From Planococcus sp. (in: firmicutes) (GTDB lineage: Bacteria; Bacillota; Bacilli; Bacillales_A; Planococcaceae), in contig JBFEIJ010000006.1 of assembly GCA_041553775.1 (NCBI GenBank), positions 4,037 through 68,036 on the forward strand: a stretch of 64,000 nt of DNA, in the 5' to 3' direction. This document shows positions 9,580-19,484 of the stretch, one piece after another; within the stretch, counting starts at the first letter, position 1; the number at the start of each line of letters is the position of its first letter. Below the pieces are notes generated by a model, which was not told the DNA's origin, ran no database searches, and saw only the letters and a list, made by a program, of their open reading frames with translations. Made by a program: the position numbers and the translations under genes.

Positions 9580-10995
9580 TTATTCGTGATTGACAATATC
9601 GGAAATGTAATAAAATCCGTTTACATCCATAACGATTGTATAGGATTTTCTACGCTCCTCAAGAGTCCATTGTCCTTGTCCATCCATAAAATCAAACGCT
9701 TCTTCAGTTTGAAGGACTGCATGATCTTCAAAAATGGCCACTTCTAGTATTTTCAGTTTGGTAAAATTGAACTCTAAGCCTTGCCCCGAAATGTCATTGA
9801 TATATTCAAATATGCCATTGTAGATATCACTTTTATAAACGAGCAAGTCTTGCACATAGAAGAAATCTTCATTTTTCAAAGCCATCTCATAGTAATAACG
9901 GAAATCGCCGATAAACTCTCGCAACGTACTTTCGTTAAAGCCCATTTCCAGATCAACATCGTATTCAAAATTTTCATCTTCAACTACACTAAACTCATCG
10001 TACACATGAAATTTAGCCACCACTTCTTTCTCAGACATTGGGTTGCGCGCCCATTCAGTCAATTCTGCATGCACCGAATACATCGGTATTGAAAACCCGC
10101 TAGTGTTTACATCTGTCATGACAAGCGAATTGATGCCAATGACTTTCCCTGTTCTGCCATCAATCAGCGGGCCCCCACTGCTTCCTGCAGCGATATACGC
10201 ATCTATCTGATAGATATCTTCGTAGATAAACTCCTGGTGGAAATCCCTGTCAATACCAGTTAAATATCCGATTGACGCAGTATTTTCATAACCTGATGGA
10301 CTGCCAAGCGCTATGATTTCCGTTCCGACATCCGTCTTATTCATTTCAATTTCAAGTGGTGCTATCTCTTCAAATTCCGAAACTTTAATCAGTGCGATAT
10401 CGGAGGTATCAGATATACCGACTACCCGTCCAGCCAAGTCCTGCCCATTTATATTGCGGACAATCACATTGGTAAAGCCAGCTACTACATGTGCATTGGT
10501 CGCCACCATGCCGTTGTCATTAAACAAAAAGCCGGACCCTTGGCCGCTTTCCGTCAGAATTGTGTATGACTTCTGTTGAGCTTCTTTTATTATCGCTGTC
10601 TTTTCTTTCGTTTTCGGTTCTATTTTCTCTGGCTGTTTGGATGGCGGAATCACGTCTTCCGGCTTCACTACAATACCTTCGGATATCTCCTCTGTTGCAA
10701 CCGGTTGTTCTGGCTCATTAATTTCTCCGACATTCTCCGAATTCGTTATAATTTCCGGTGAATTTTCTTTTTCAGACATAGCCCTTTCTATAACAGGAAC
10801 TGCTTGTTCTGTATCAGTTTCATTTAACTTAGCGATGTTATATCCCGCTCCGCCAAAGAAAACTAGTAAAAGAAAAATGGAGAAAAATTTTTTCGTTTTC
10901 GTTTTTTTTGCATGTTTTTCATTTAAAGAAACTCCACAAATTTTACAAAAATTAGCAGGTACGCCATTATTTATCCCGCATTTTTCACACCGCAT
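9580..10995 (-). CDS. Membrane-anchored trypsin-like (S1C) serine protease with N-terminal Zn ribbon and TcaA-like C-terminal domain
   Basis: CEKCG...FCKICG, one hydrophobic helix, catalytic triad ATNAHVV / DIALIK / GSSGGP; no PDZ domain recognised. The C-terminal domain call is tentative. Confidence 0.8.
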   Translation of the reverse strand: MRCEKCGINNGVPANFCKICGVSLNEKHAKKTKTKKFFSIFLLLVFFGGAGYNIAKLNETDTEQAVPVIERAMSEKENSPEIITNSENVGEINEPEQPVATEEISEGIVVKPEDVIPPSKQPEKIEPKTKEKTAIIKEAQQKSYTILTESGQGSGFLFNDNGMVATNAHVVAGFTNVIVRNINGQDLAGRVVGISDTSDIALIKVSEFEEIAPLEIEMNKTDVGTEIIALGSPSGYENTASIGYLTGIDRDFHQEFIYEDIYQIDAYIAAGSSGGPLIDGRTGKVIGINSLVMTDVNTSGFSIPMYSVHAELTEWARNPMSEKEVVAKFHVYDEFSVVEDENFEYDVDLEMGFNESTLREFIGDFRYYYEMALKNEDFFYVQDLLVYKSDIYNGIFEYINDISGQGLEFNFTKLKILEVAIFEDHAVLQTEEAFDFMDGQGQWTLEERRKSYTIVMDVNGFYYISDIVNHE

Positions 10996-11308
10996 TCTCA
11001 ATCCCCCTACTTGCCAGGTGCTCTATTCGGCACTGAATTGCTTTAATTATAAACTTTAAGACGTTAAACAACTACTTAGAGTTCCGCTCACAATACACTT
11101 GTCTCTCTTAAATGCTAGGTAGCATTTCTATTTACCAACTGTTCAGAAGTAATAGAGCATCCTGACTTTTAATAATTAGTTCTTATACTAAATACACCTC
11201 TCGCTGACTAATTGGTATTTTAAATACCTAAATTCTCAACGAAAGGTGTATTGGTTTTAAAGTGATTTTATCTTTAATTGATATAACAACAAATTTTGCC
11301 CAATAGCT

Positions 11309-12724
11309 TTACTCGTCTCTGCTATGTTCGCCCCAGCAATTCGTGCCTTTCAAACCAGAGATGTTCTTAGCGAAAAATTCGGGATTCTTGCCTGCTTTGC
11401 GCTGTGCTGTGTAATCGCCCAGCACTTTAAACGCGATGTTCCCGAGTCCGGCAATAACGACCAGATTCAATACAGCCATTAAGCCCATGAATAAATCTGC
11501 CATGTTCCATACGAGCGATACTTTCGCGAGTGCGCCGAACATGACCATTCCCAATACGCCGATGCGGTAAGCGATTAGCCACGCGCTATGCGCATTGATG
11601 AATTCGATGTTCGTTTCACCGTAATAATAGTTTCCAACAATCGAGCTGAAAGCGAAAAACAGAATAGCGAATGCTAGGAAATACGGTGCCCAACTGCCAA
11701 CGTGTTCGCCAAGCGACGCTTGTGTCAGTAAAATGCCTTCTTGTTCGCCTGTTTTGTAGACGCCAGCCAGGATAATGATGAACGCTGTCGCTGAACAGAT
11801 GATGATTGTGTCGAAGAAAACACCAAGACTTTGCACAAGTCCTTGTTTTGCCGGGTGCGAAACGTTTGCTGAAGCAGCTGCGTTTGGCACCGACCCCATC
11901 CCTGCCTCATTCGAGAACAAGCCGCGGCGTATGCCTTGCATAAGCGCCGCACCGATTGCGCCGCCTGTAGCTTCTTCTAAACCGAATGCGCTTTTGACAA
12001 TCAGCATGAAAACAGCAGGAATTTCGGTGAAATTGGTGAGAACGACCCAAAAAGCAACCAATATGTATAATACCGCCATGACAGGAACCAATATTTGCGT
12101 GACATGAGCGATACGTCTAACCCCGCCAAAGATGACAAGTCCAGATAATACGACTAGCGATGCGCCGATTATCCATTCCGGAATATTGAACACTGCCCCA
12201 AATGATTGGGCGATTGTGTTTGATTGTACCGAGTTGAAGATAAATCCAAAAGCAATGGTCAATAATACTGCAAATACAACGCCGAGCTTTCTTCTGCCGA
12301 GTCCTTTTTGCATATAATAAGCAGGGCCACCGCGGAATTCTTCACCGTCGCGCACTTTGTATACTTGAGCAAGCGTGCTTTCAATAAATGCTGTTGCCAT
12401 ACCGATCAATGCAATGATCCACATCCAGAATACTGCGCCCGGTCCGCCGACAGCAATCGCCAACGCTACGCCGGTGATGTTCCCTGTTCCAACGCGTGAA
12501 GCGGTTGAAATGGTGAACGCCTGGAATGCCGAGATTCCCGCTTCTCCGTCTTTCTTTTCTGAAATCACACGAAACATTTCACCGAACAAACGGAACTGCA
12601 CGAAATTCGTCCGCACTGTAAAGTAAATGCCAAGCCCTAATAGTAAAGCGATCAACACATAAGTCCATAATAAGTTATTGCCTTCGTCAACGATCCACGT
12701 CAACGCATCTAAAATTGCATTCAT
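11309..12724 (-). CDS. Alanine/glycine:cation symporter (AGCS, AlsT-like)
   Basis: ASRVGTGNITGVA, GGPGAVFWMW, RGGPAYY, RRGLFSNEAGMG motifs. Confidence 0.93.
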   Translation of the reverse strand: MNAILDALTWIVDEGNNLLWTYVLIALLLGLGIYFTVRTNFVQFRLFGEMFRVISEKKDGEAGISAFQAFTISTASRVGTGNITGVALAIAVGGPGAVFWMWIIALIGMATAFIESTLAQVYKVRDGEEFRGGPAYYMQKGLGRRKLGVVFAVLLTIAFGFIFNSVQSNTIAQSFGAVFNIPEWIIGASLVVLSGLVIFGGVRRIAHVTQILVPVMAVLYILVAFWVVLTNFTEIPAVFMLIVKSAFGLEEATGGAIGAALMQGIRRGLFSNEAGMGSVPNAAASANVSHPAKQGLVQSLGVFFDTIIICSATAFIIILAGVYKTGEQEGILLTQASLGEHVGSWAPYFLAFAILFFAFSSIVGNYYYGETNIEFINAHSAWLIAYRIGVLGMVMFGALAKVSLVWNMADLFMGLMAVLNLVVIAGLGNIAFKVLGDYTAQRKAGKNPEFFAKNISGLKGTNCWGEHSRDE

Positions 12725-12816
12725 AAAAAATAAACTCCCTCATTCTATAATTCGTAACTCGTCTTTTATTACCCGAAAAGTCTTTCAGAAAACCTTAGTT
12801 GCATAAGTAAGTTTAT

Positions 12817-13908
12817 TCAGCTGCGTTTCAATGTCTCTGCCAAGACACGGGCACCGATATCGAGCGCCTTGTGGTTGAAGCTCATATCCGGATGGTGCAA
12901 ACCGGGCGCAAGATCTGCGCCGATACCAAGCATTGCCGCTTTTAGTTCCGGTTTTTTAATCGTATAAAAATGAAAATCATCGGCACCTGTCGTATGAAGC
13001 GGCGGTGCCGTATGGGCATCTCCGATGACAGCTCGAATTGCAGCGTCCGCGATGTCTTTCGCTTCTTCCGACACTTCCGCAGCCGGTGTGAAATCATCCC
13101 AATGCCAATCGATCTCTACGTCAAAAAGTGTCGCAATCGAGCCAAGCCCTGCGTCGATGCGGCTTTTCATCTCATCCATGATTCGATTCGATTGGGCACG
13201 CACATCAAGTGCGAATGTCGCGCTTCCAGGAATGATATTCAACGAATCGCCACCCGCTTGAACGTTCGTCAATTTCGCTGAATACGACTCGAACGGCGAG
13301 AAATAAATCGACTTGATGAATTGGTGGATCGCCGCAATGACATCAATTGCATTTTTGCCTTGATGCGGACGTGCACCGTGTGCGTCCACGCCTGAGATTT
13401 TCCCTTTCAGGAAAATGCCTGATCCGTGGTGCAGCGCCGGCGTCACTTTGCCGAACGGTAATTCTTCAATTGGACGCAAATGGACGCCGTATAAATGGGT
13501 CACATCTTGTAACGCCCCGCGTTCAATCATGGCTAGCGAGCCGTTGCCGCGTTCTTCTGCTGGCTGAAAAATAAAGCGAATACGTTTCGTCAGTGTTTCA
13601 TTTTTCAAGTACAAGAGCGCGCCAAGAACCATTGCCATATTGGCGTCATGGCCACATGAGTGGTTGGCTTGGACTATGCCATCGACTTCTTGCCACAGCG
13701 CATCGATGTCGGCGCGCACCGCGACGACCCGGTCGCCTTCTCCGATTTCGGCAAACACGCCGGTCACATCGTCAAAGGTTTGATGTGTAATGCCTTCACT
13801 TTCCAAAATCGCTGCAAGCTTTGCCGTGGTCCCGGTTTCGTGCCAACTCACTTCCGGATGCGTGTGGAAATAATTGAACCAATCATGGATCTTCGTTTCA
13901 ATGGCCAT
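12817..13908 (-). CDS. M20D amidohydrolase (AmhX-like)
   Basis: RADIDAL, HSCGHD, FQPAEE, GADDF, LHHP motifs. Confidence 0.88.
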   Translation of the reverse strand: MAIETKIHDWFNYFHTHPEVSWHETGTTAKLAAILESEGITHQTFDDVTGVFAEIGEGDRVVAVRADIDALWQEVDGIVQANHSCGHDANMAMVLGALLYLKNETLTKRIRFIFQPAEERGNGSLAMIERGALQDVTHLYGVHLRPIEELPFGKVTPALHHGSGIFLKGKISGVDAHGARPHQGKNAIDVIAAIHQFIKSIYFSPFESYSAKLTNVQAGGDSLNIIPGSATFALDVRAQSNRIMDEMKSRIDAGLGSIATLFDVEIDWHWDDFTPAAEVSEEAKDIADAAIRAVIGDAHTAPPLHTTGADDFHFYTIKKPELKAAMLGIGADLAPGLHHPDMSFNHKALDIGARVLAETLKRS

Positions 13909-15034
13909 CGATCGCTCCCCCTCCTTCCACTGTGCATGACTTGACGGTCAATTTTTTCAATTGCTGCTCGTTCACTTTGATGCCAAGTCCCGCCTTATCC
14001 GTCAGCATGACGTAAGGTAATTTGTATTCCAAATCACCAATCTTTTCGGAAAATAAGAGCGGTCCGGTGAGTTCAGCCGTCTCGATATTGCGGCGCGACA
14101 TGACGGCGTGATAGCCTGCAGCGGAACCAATCGACGACTCCACCATCGAACCAATTTGGGCAATGATGCCTGCCGCTTCTGCCGCTTTCGCCATTTGGAT
14201 CGCGGGGAAAATGCCGCCGCATTTCATCAGCTTGATGTTGATGTAATCGGCCGCTTCCAACCGGATGATTTCCAACACATCTTCCATCGTCTGCACGGAT
14301 TCATCCGCCATGATTGGCGTCGCGGACTTTTTGCGAACATCGGCTAGACCCCGGATGTCGCCCATACGAATCGGCTGTTCAATCCATGTGAGCTTCGCGT
14401 CGTCAAGCTCTTTGATGACTTGAATCGCGTGCCCAACTGTTTTCCATCCTTGATTCACATCGATACGGATCGGCATATCTGGTCCGACCGCTTCGCGCAC
14501 GGCGTAAATGCGTTTGACGTCCATTGCAGAATCAGACCCGCCCACTTTCAGCTTAAGGCTACTGAAGCCTTGGTCTACTGCGCGCTTCGCTTTTTCCGCC
14601 ATGATTGCTGGCGCTTCGATGCTCAGCACTTTCGGGTATTGCAAATTGTCATGCGCCCGTCCGCCGATTAAATTATAAACCGGCTGCCCAGTCGCCTTGC
14701 CCATCAAATCATAGCAAGCAATATCGATTGCCGCCTTCGCCGCTGGATTGCGCGCGATTTTTGACGCCATCAAGAAATGAATATGCTCAATGTCAAAAGG
14801 GTTTTGGCCAAGGATTGCCGGCACCAATACATTCTTCAAAATTTCAAATGCCCCATTCGCTTGCTCGCCGGTCACATGCTCATCCGGCACCGCTTCGCCG
14901 AAGCCGATCAGCCCCGTATCGGTTTCCAACTTCACAATGACCGCAGCCATATGCGGGTAAGTCGCATACGAAATGATAAACGGTTCTTTTAACGGAAACT
15001 CCACTATGTAAATGTCAGCCTTGACGATTTTCAT
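13898..15034 (-). CDS. Enolase-superfamily (MLE subgroup) racemase, probably N-succinyl-L-Arg/Lys racemase
   Basis: KLKVG, DVNQG, EQP, DE, NIKLMKCGG and a C-terminal ELTGP (rather than the DLD motif of Ala-Glu epimerases). Confidence 0.8.
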   Translation of the reverse strand: MKIVKADIYIVEFPLKEPFIISYATYPHMAAVIVKLETDTGLIGFGEAVPDEHVTGEQANGAFEILKNVLVPAILGQNPFDIEHIHFLMASKIARNPAAKAAIDIACYDLMGKATGQPVYNLIGGRAHDNLQYPKVLSIEAPAIMAEKAKRAVDQGFSSLKLKVGGSDSAMDVKRIYAVREAVGPDMPIRIDVNQGWKTVGHAIQVIKELDDAKLTWIEQPIRMGDIRGLADVRKKSATPIMADESVQTMEDVLEIIRLEAADYINIKLMKCGGIFPAIQMAKAAEAAGIIAQIGSMVESSIGSAAGYHAVMSRRNIETAELTGPLLFSEKIGDLEYKLPYVMLTDKAGLGIKVNEQQLKKLTVKSCTVEGGGAIDGH

Positions 15035-15124
15035 CAGCCATTCCCCCTTGAATCCTCTATATACACCATAATTGTACATGATTATGGCTCTTTTTAGGGA
15101 GAGGCTTTCGGCATCAGCCTTTTC

Positions 15125-15385
15125 TCACCGAAGCTCAAGCGAAATGCCATCGATAAAGAGTGTGCTTTTCCGTTATCAGGCACTAACTCAATTTTAACAA
15201 GCAACCTTTTTTGGTTATCCGGCAGTAAGCGGATTTTATCAGGCAGTAACTCGCTTTTATCAGGCATTAGCGATTTAATGCTACTCTACAAGCCAAGTTC
15301 AAAGGATTGTATGGAAGAGCCGTTCGCGAACGGCTCCTGAATGACAAACGCGCATTTCGCTCGGGCGAAATGCCCCTATTAACCG
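15125..15385 (-). repeat. Composite ~225-bp repeat unit (five 21-bp phased motifs plus two palindromes), copy A
   Basis: TTATCAGGC-type cores at 15173, 15194, 15215, 15236, 15257; perfect palindrome GAGCCGTTCGCGAACGGCTC at 15317-15336; hairpin GCATTTCGC..GCGAAATGC at 15352-15373. The reverse complement aligns to about 19540-19780. Confidence 0.9.
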
Positions 15386-15458
15386 GACTTATTTCAATTT
15401 TACCCGCCAATCGCTACGATCTTCATTTTTTCAATAAAAGCGAATTTTCACTTTAACA

Positions 15459-15491
15459 AAAAGAGCCCTCCACGTTTGTGGAGGGCTCTTT
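15459..15491 (-). terminator. Intrinsic terminator after rocB
   Basis: AAAGAGCCCTCCAC-gttt-GTGGAGGGCTCTTT. Confidence 0.8.
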
Positions 15492-15526
15492 CGACTGTAA
15501 TTATCCAAGCACATTCAATTTCTTCA

Positions 15527-17140
15527 TCAAGCTCTGCTCTTCACGGGAATCGATAAAATCATTTCCTCGAGCAGCACGGGCATTTCTTCGAATGTGTTTT
15601 TGATGTGGAGGCGTTCGGTGCGCTTATGGGCGTCTTTGCCGAACGGACCTACGTTCAGTACTGGCGCATTGAGTTGTTTCATCCCTTGGAACGGAATGCT
15701 ATAGGAATCGCCATAAACCGGCGTGTTTTGTTCGTATGTGACAAAGCTGTCTTCTTTATCCCCGTAATTGACGTAGCTTAAATCGGAAATGCCGTTGAAA
15801 TAATGAATCTGCTTGAGATCCAGTCCGAACTTCCTCATGGCATTATCCGTGATTTGATTCACGCATTGTTTGACAAGTTCGTCTTCGGAAGAGTTCACGG
15901 CCGGGTAATAAGGCGGTGCGTACAATAAAATACACGCCGGCGTTAGTTCCTGGCAGTTAATGAGCAAAATATCGGCAATATGCATTGATTTTTCACGCAC
16001 GTCCCATTCTGGATGCATCATCGTATCTACCAAAGCTTTATCAATATAGTCGCGCCCGAATTTATTCACCGCATAGCGCTTCAGTTCTTCAAAACGCATG
16101 ACGCGGATGTCGCCGACCGGTTCGATGTTTTCGCGTTCGCACACCGCGAGGTAGTCGCGTGTGCAATGGTCCATCGCTTCAATCGCGATTTTCTCAAATT
16201 GCGCAAACACTTCGTCCGCATTTTTCTCCATTAAGAACACGTTGTACATCGCGCTTGTGTGATAAGGCGTCTGTGCGGAATACTCCGATTTCATGTCTTT
16301 GTGCATGAGCGTAACTGGCAGCGGCGTCGTTTCGCCGTATACCGTTTCTTTGAAGTTTTCATTCCATTCCATGCGGTGTGTCAAATAGGTCGAAATATAG
16401 CTCGAAGTGATGCCTGATAACGGCTCACCGACATGCGTTTCTTTGCCGTAGAATAACGCGGACGGCATGATTTTCCCAATTGAGCCGGTGTAAAGGTAAT
16501 GTTCGGTATCGCCTGGCTTTTGCGCAAAGACCGGTTCGCCGTTTAAGAACAAGGTATATTCCAGGTCGAATTCGCGCTCAAGGTCAAGCAATTTTGCAAC
16601 CCCGTAGCGCATGCCTGCTGAGTTCACTTCTTCGTCAGGCACCGACATCAATAATAAATTGATCGGCCAGTTTTCTGTCGATGCTTTTTCAATCATCGCC
16701 ATATGTAAGGCCAGTCCAGCTTTCATGTCCATCGTGCCTCGGCCGAATAGGTATTCCCCTGATTCGAGGTCCGCCTGCGCATCTGGATCCAATTCATCGC
16801 GCATTGCGATAAATGCTTGCGCCAATTCGTGCGGACGGCAGGCAAGCGGCTCCAAGTCACCGTATTCTGCAGTGCTCACAGTGTCAAAGTGGCTGATTAA
16901 GACCACTGTTTCTGATGCTTCGGGATGTTTGTAAAGCGCGGTGACGTTCTCACGCCCCCAATTGACTTCGCTAAGATGCAGATGTTCCGGATGTTGCTGG
17001 AAATACGGCAGCTGCTCCAATTTCGATTTCAACTTATAGGCGAATTCAACTTCCCCTTCAGACAAGGTGATGCTTCCCCAGCTGACCATTTCACATAATA
17101 AATCTTGCAGTTTTTCAGGTGTCCCCCATAAAGAAGCCAT
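15527..17140 (-). CDS. rocB: Arginine utilization protein RocB-like M20 metallohydrolase
   Basis: SHFDTV, GRGTMDMKAG, VPDEE, GISDLSY, GPFGKDAHKRTERL; length typical of RocB. Confidence 0.85.
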   Translation of the reverse strand: MASLWGTPEKLQDLLCEMVSWGSITLSEGEVEFAYKLKSKLEQLPYFQQHPEHLHLSEVNWGRENVTALYKHPEASETVVLISHFDTVSTAEYGDLEPLACRPHELAQAFIAMRDELDPDAQADLESGEYLFGRGTMDMKAGLALHMAMIEKASTENWPINLLLMSVPDEEVNSAGMRYGVAKLLDLEREFDLEYTLFLNGEPVFAQKPGDTEHYLYTGSIGKIMPSALFYGKETHVGEPLSGITSSYISTYLTHRMEWNENFKETVYGETTPLPVTLMHKDMKSEYSAQTPYHTSAMYNVFLMEKNADEVFAQFEKIAIEAMDHCTRDYLAVCERENIEPVGDIRVMRFEELKRYAVNKFGRDYIDKALVDTMMHPEWDVREKSMHIADILLINCQELTPACILLYAPPYYPAVNSSEDELVKQCVNQITDNAMRKFGLDLKQIHYFNGISDLSYVNYGDKEDSFVTYEQNTPVYGDSYSIPFQGMKQLNAPVLNVGPFGKDAHKRTERLHIKNTFEEMPVLLEEMILSIPVKSRA

Positions 17141-17178
17141 CCGGATCTCCTCCTTTTATCGCTGATGCAATTCTATTT

Positions 17179-18339
17179 TTATTGTTCTAAAGTTTTAAGC
17201 CATTCGGCCATGCGTTCCATCGCGCGTTCGAGCGTTGGCATCGAATAGGCGTAGGAAATGCGCAAGAAGCCTTCGCCATATGGTGTAAAGGCTGAGCCCG
17301 GCACAGCCGCGACGCCTCCTTCTTTCAATAAACGCGTCGCAAACGCGAATGATTCCATCCCGTACTTTTCAATCGATGGGAAAATATAAAACGCGCCTTT
17401 CGGCTTCACAACGTCTAGTCCCATTTCAAGCAATTTGCCGTATACGAAATCACGGCGTTCTTTGTAAGCGCGGTTCATTTCTTCTGGTACGTCGCGGTTG
17501 TTTTTCAGCGCTTCAATTGCCGCGTATTGACTCGGCAAAGACGCACATACGGCGTTATACATATGGACTTTTAATGCATGCTTCATGAACCGTTCCGGTC
17601 CAAGTAAAAAGCCCATGCGCCAGCCTGTCATCGAATGCGACTTCGACAAACCTTGGACAAGGAATGTACGATCTTTAATGGCTTCATAAGAGGCGAATGA
17701 GGTATGCTCGCCTTCAAATGTGTTTTCGCTGTATATTTCGTCGGTCACGACGAATAGTTCATGCAAGGCAAGCTCTTCGACGAGCGGATCCATTTGTTCT
17801 TTCGTCAACGTGACGCCGGTCGGGTTCGACGGAAAATTGAACAGTACGGCTTTGGTTTTATTCGTAATCAAGGCTTTTAGTTTAGCTGCTGTCGGCACGA
17901 GTCCGGTATCCGATGTATCGAGCAACACAGGAATGCCGCCGTTCAATTCGACGATTGGGCCATAGCCGGTATAGCAAGGGGCCGGAATAACCACTTCATC
18001 GCCTGGCGCTATAATCGTCCGGAATACGGCATCCAATGCTTCCGTCGCCCCGTTTGTGACGACGATTTCCGTCTGGGGATCGTAGGAAAGTCCGTAACGG
18101 TCGTTGAAAAAACTGGCCGCTTCGGTGCGCAGCTCGATCAGTCCTGCGTTATGAGAGTAGCCCGTTAGATTATTGGTAATGGCGTCTTTCCCCGCCTGTT
18201 TGACAGCTTCAGGCGTTGGAAAATCGGGTTGGCCGATTGTTAAGTTGATGGCATCAGGGTAGTCGGCCAGCTGATTGAAAAACTGGCGGATGCCCGATAT
18301 CGGAAGCGCCTCAGCGCGTGGGTTTAAGCTTAAAGACAT
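17179..18339 (-). CDS. Class I/II PLP aminotransferase (aminotransferase A, PatA/DapX-like)
   Basis: ISGIRQF, GQPDF, PSNPTG, DEIY, SKSHSMTGWRMG. Confidence 0.88.
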   Translation of the reverse strand: MSLSLNPRAEALPISGIRQFFNQLADYPDAINLTIGQPDFPTPEAVKQAGKDAITNNLTGYSHNAGLIELRTEAASFFNDRYGLSYDPQTEIVVTNGATEALDAVFRTIIAPGDEVVIPAPCYTGYGPIVELNGGIPVLLDTSDTGLVPTAAKLKALITNKTKAVLFNFPSNPTGVTLTKEQMDPLVEELALHELFVVTDEIYSENTFEGEHTSFASYEAIKDRTFLVQGLSKSHSMTGWRMGFLLGPERFMKHALKVHMYNAVCASLPSQYAAIEALKNNRDVPEEMNRAYKERRDFVYGKLLEMGLDVVKPKGAFYIFPSIEKYGMESFAFATRLLKEGGVAAVPGSAFTPYGEGFLRISYAYSMPTLERAMERMAEWLKTLEQ

Positions 18340-18434
18340 AAGTAAAATCTCCGTTTCGTTTTGGGCTTTCCTCTATTATATTGCATTCTCTAGGAAAATA
18401 AACAACGGCGGGCTGTAGAATGAAAAAAAGCGGC

Positions 18435-19349
18435 TCATGAACTGAGCCGCCTTTGCCGTTTGCGCATTAAATCTTCCGCCGCTCCTGAGCCGAACAACAC
18501 ACCGATGACAATCAACACGAGTCCGAAAATATGGCGTCCCGTAATGGCTTCACCAAGAATGACGCTCGCGCCAACAAGTGAGAAAAGCGTATTTAAGTTC
18601 ATGAAAATGGCCGCTTTCGTCGGACCTGCTTGGCCAATCGAGAAATTATAAAGCATATGCCCGACCGCTGTACCGATCACTGCCGAAAACACAAATGCCA
18701 ACCAAAATGTCGGGGGCACGTCGAGAAACGCACTGATTTCGCCAGGCTCTTGGATCAGCGAAATGACGAACAACACAAGTGAGCCGGTGATGAACATATA
18801 AGCTGTTAATAGCCGCGGATCCATCGACCGTGCCGCTTTCGAGATAACGATATAGCTCAGCACTTGAACAAAAATCGAAATGAACACGAACACATCTCCA
18901 ATATTCATGCCCGTCGCACCGCCGCTGCCTACGAGCACCGTAGCCGCAACTCCAGCGAGGCCAATGAATACACCCAACCATTGCAGTCGTGATGGATACG
19001 TACGCATGATCAGCGACACCATCACCGCCGTCAGCATTGGACCGGTGCCGAGAATCAGTCCCGCATTCGATCCGCTCGTAATGGACAAGCCGCTCGATAA
19101 GAAATAATGGTGCCCTACTACATTGAGCATTGCGCCCCAAAAGATGTATTTCCATTCATGTTTCTTTGGCCATCTTAGCAATTTCACAAACGCCAAGATC
19201 ACGAAAACCGATGTCCCCGCAAGCAAGATGCGAAATGCCGTTAACGTGACCGGTTCCACGATGCCAACCAAATATTTGACTGCAGGCAAATTAAAGCCCC
19301 AAATCAGCATAACTGTCGTTAAAATTGCGTAGATCTTCCATGGATTCAA
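18435..19349 (-). CDS. EamA/DMT family transporter
   Basis: About ten hydrophobic segments, IWGFN..AVK, two EamA halves. Start uncertain (19349 or 19400). Confidence 0.88.
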   Translation of the reverse strand: MNPWKIYAILTTVMLIWGFNLPAVKYLVGIVEPVTLTAFRILLAGTSVFVILAFVKLLRWPKKHEWKYIFWGAMLNVVGHHYFLSSGLSITSGSNAGLILGTGPMLTAVMVSLIMRTYPSRLQWLGVFIGLAGVAATVLVGSGGATGMNIGDVFVFISIFVQVLSYIVISKAARSMDPRLLTAYMFITGSLVLFVISLIQEPGEISAFLDVPPTFWLAFVFSAVIGTAVGHMLYNFSIGQAGPTKAAIFMNLNTLFSLVGASVILGEAITGRHIFGLVLIVIGVLFGSGAAEDLMRKRQRRLSS

Positions 19350-19484
19350 ATGCTTGCGCCTTCTTTCGCCTTCCGAATTATCCACCCATTCTACGCCCAA
19401 TCAGGGGAAAAGTAAATGCACGTATGTGGAGGATTTGGGGCTGGTTTGGTATGTTCGTTTGCTTTATACATGTCGTGTATCGCG

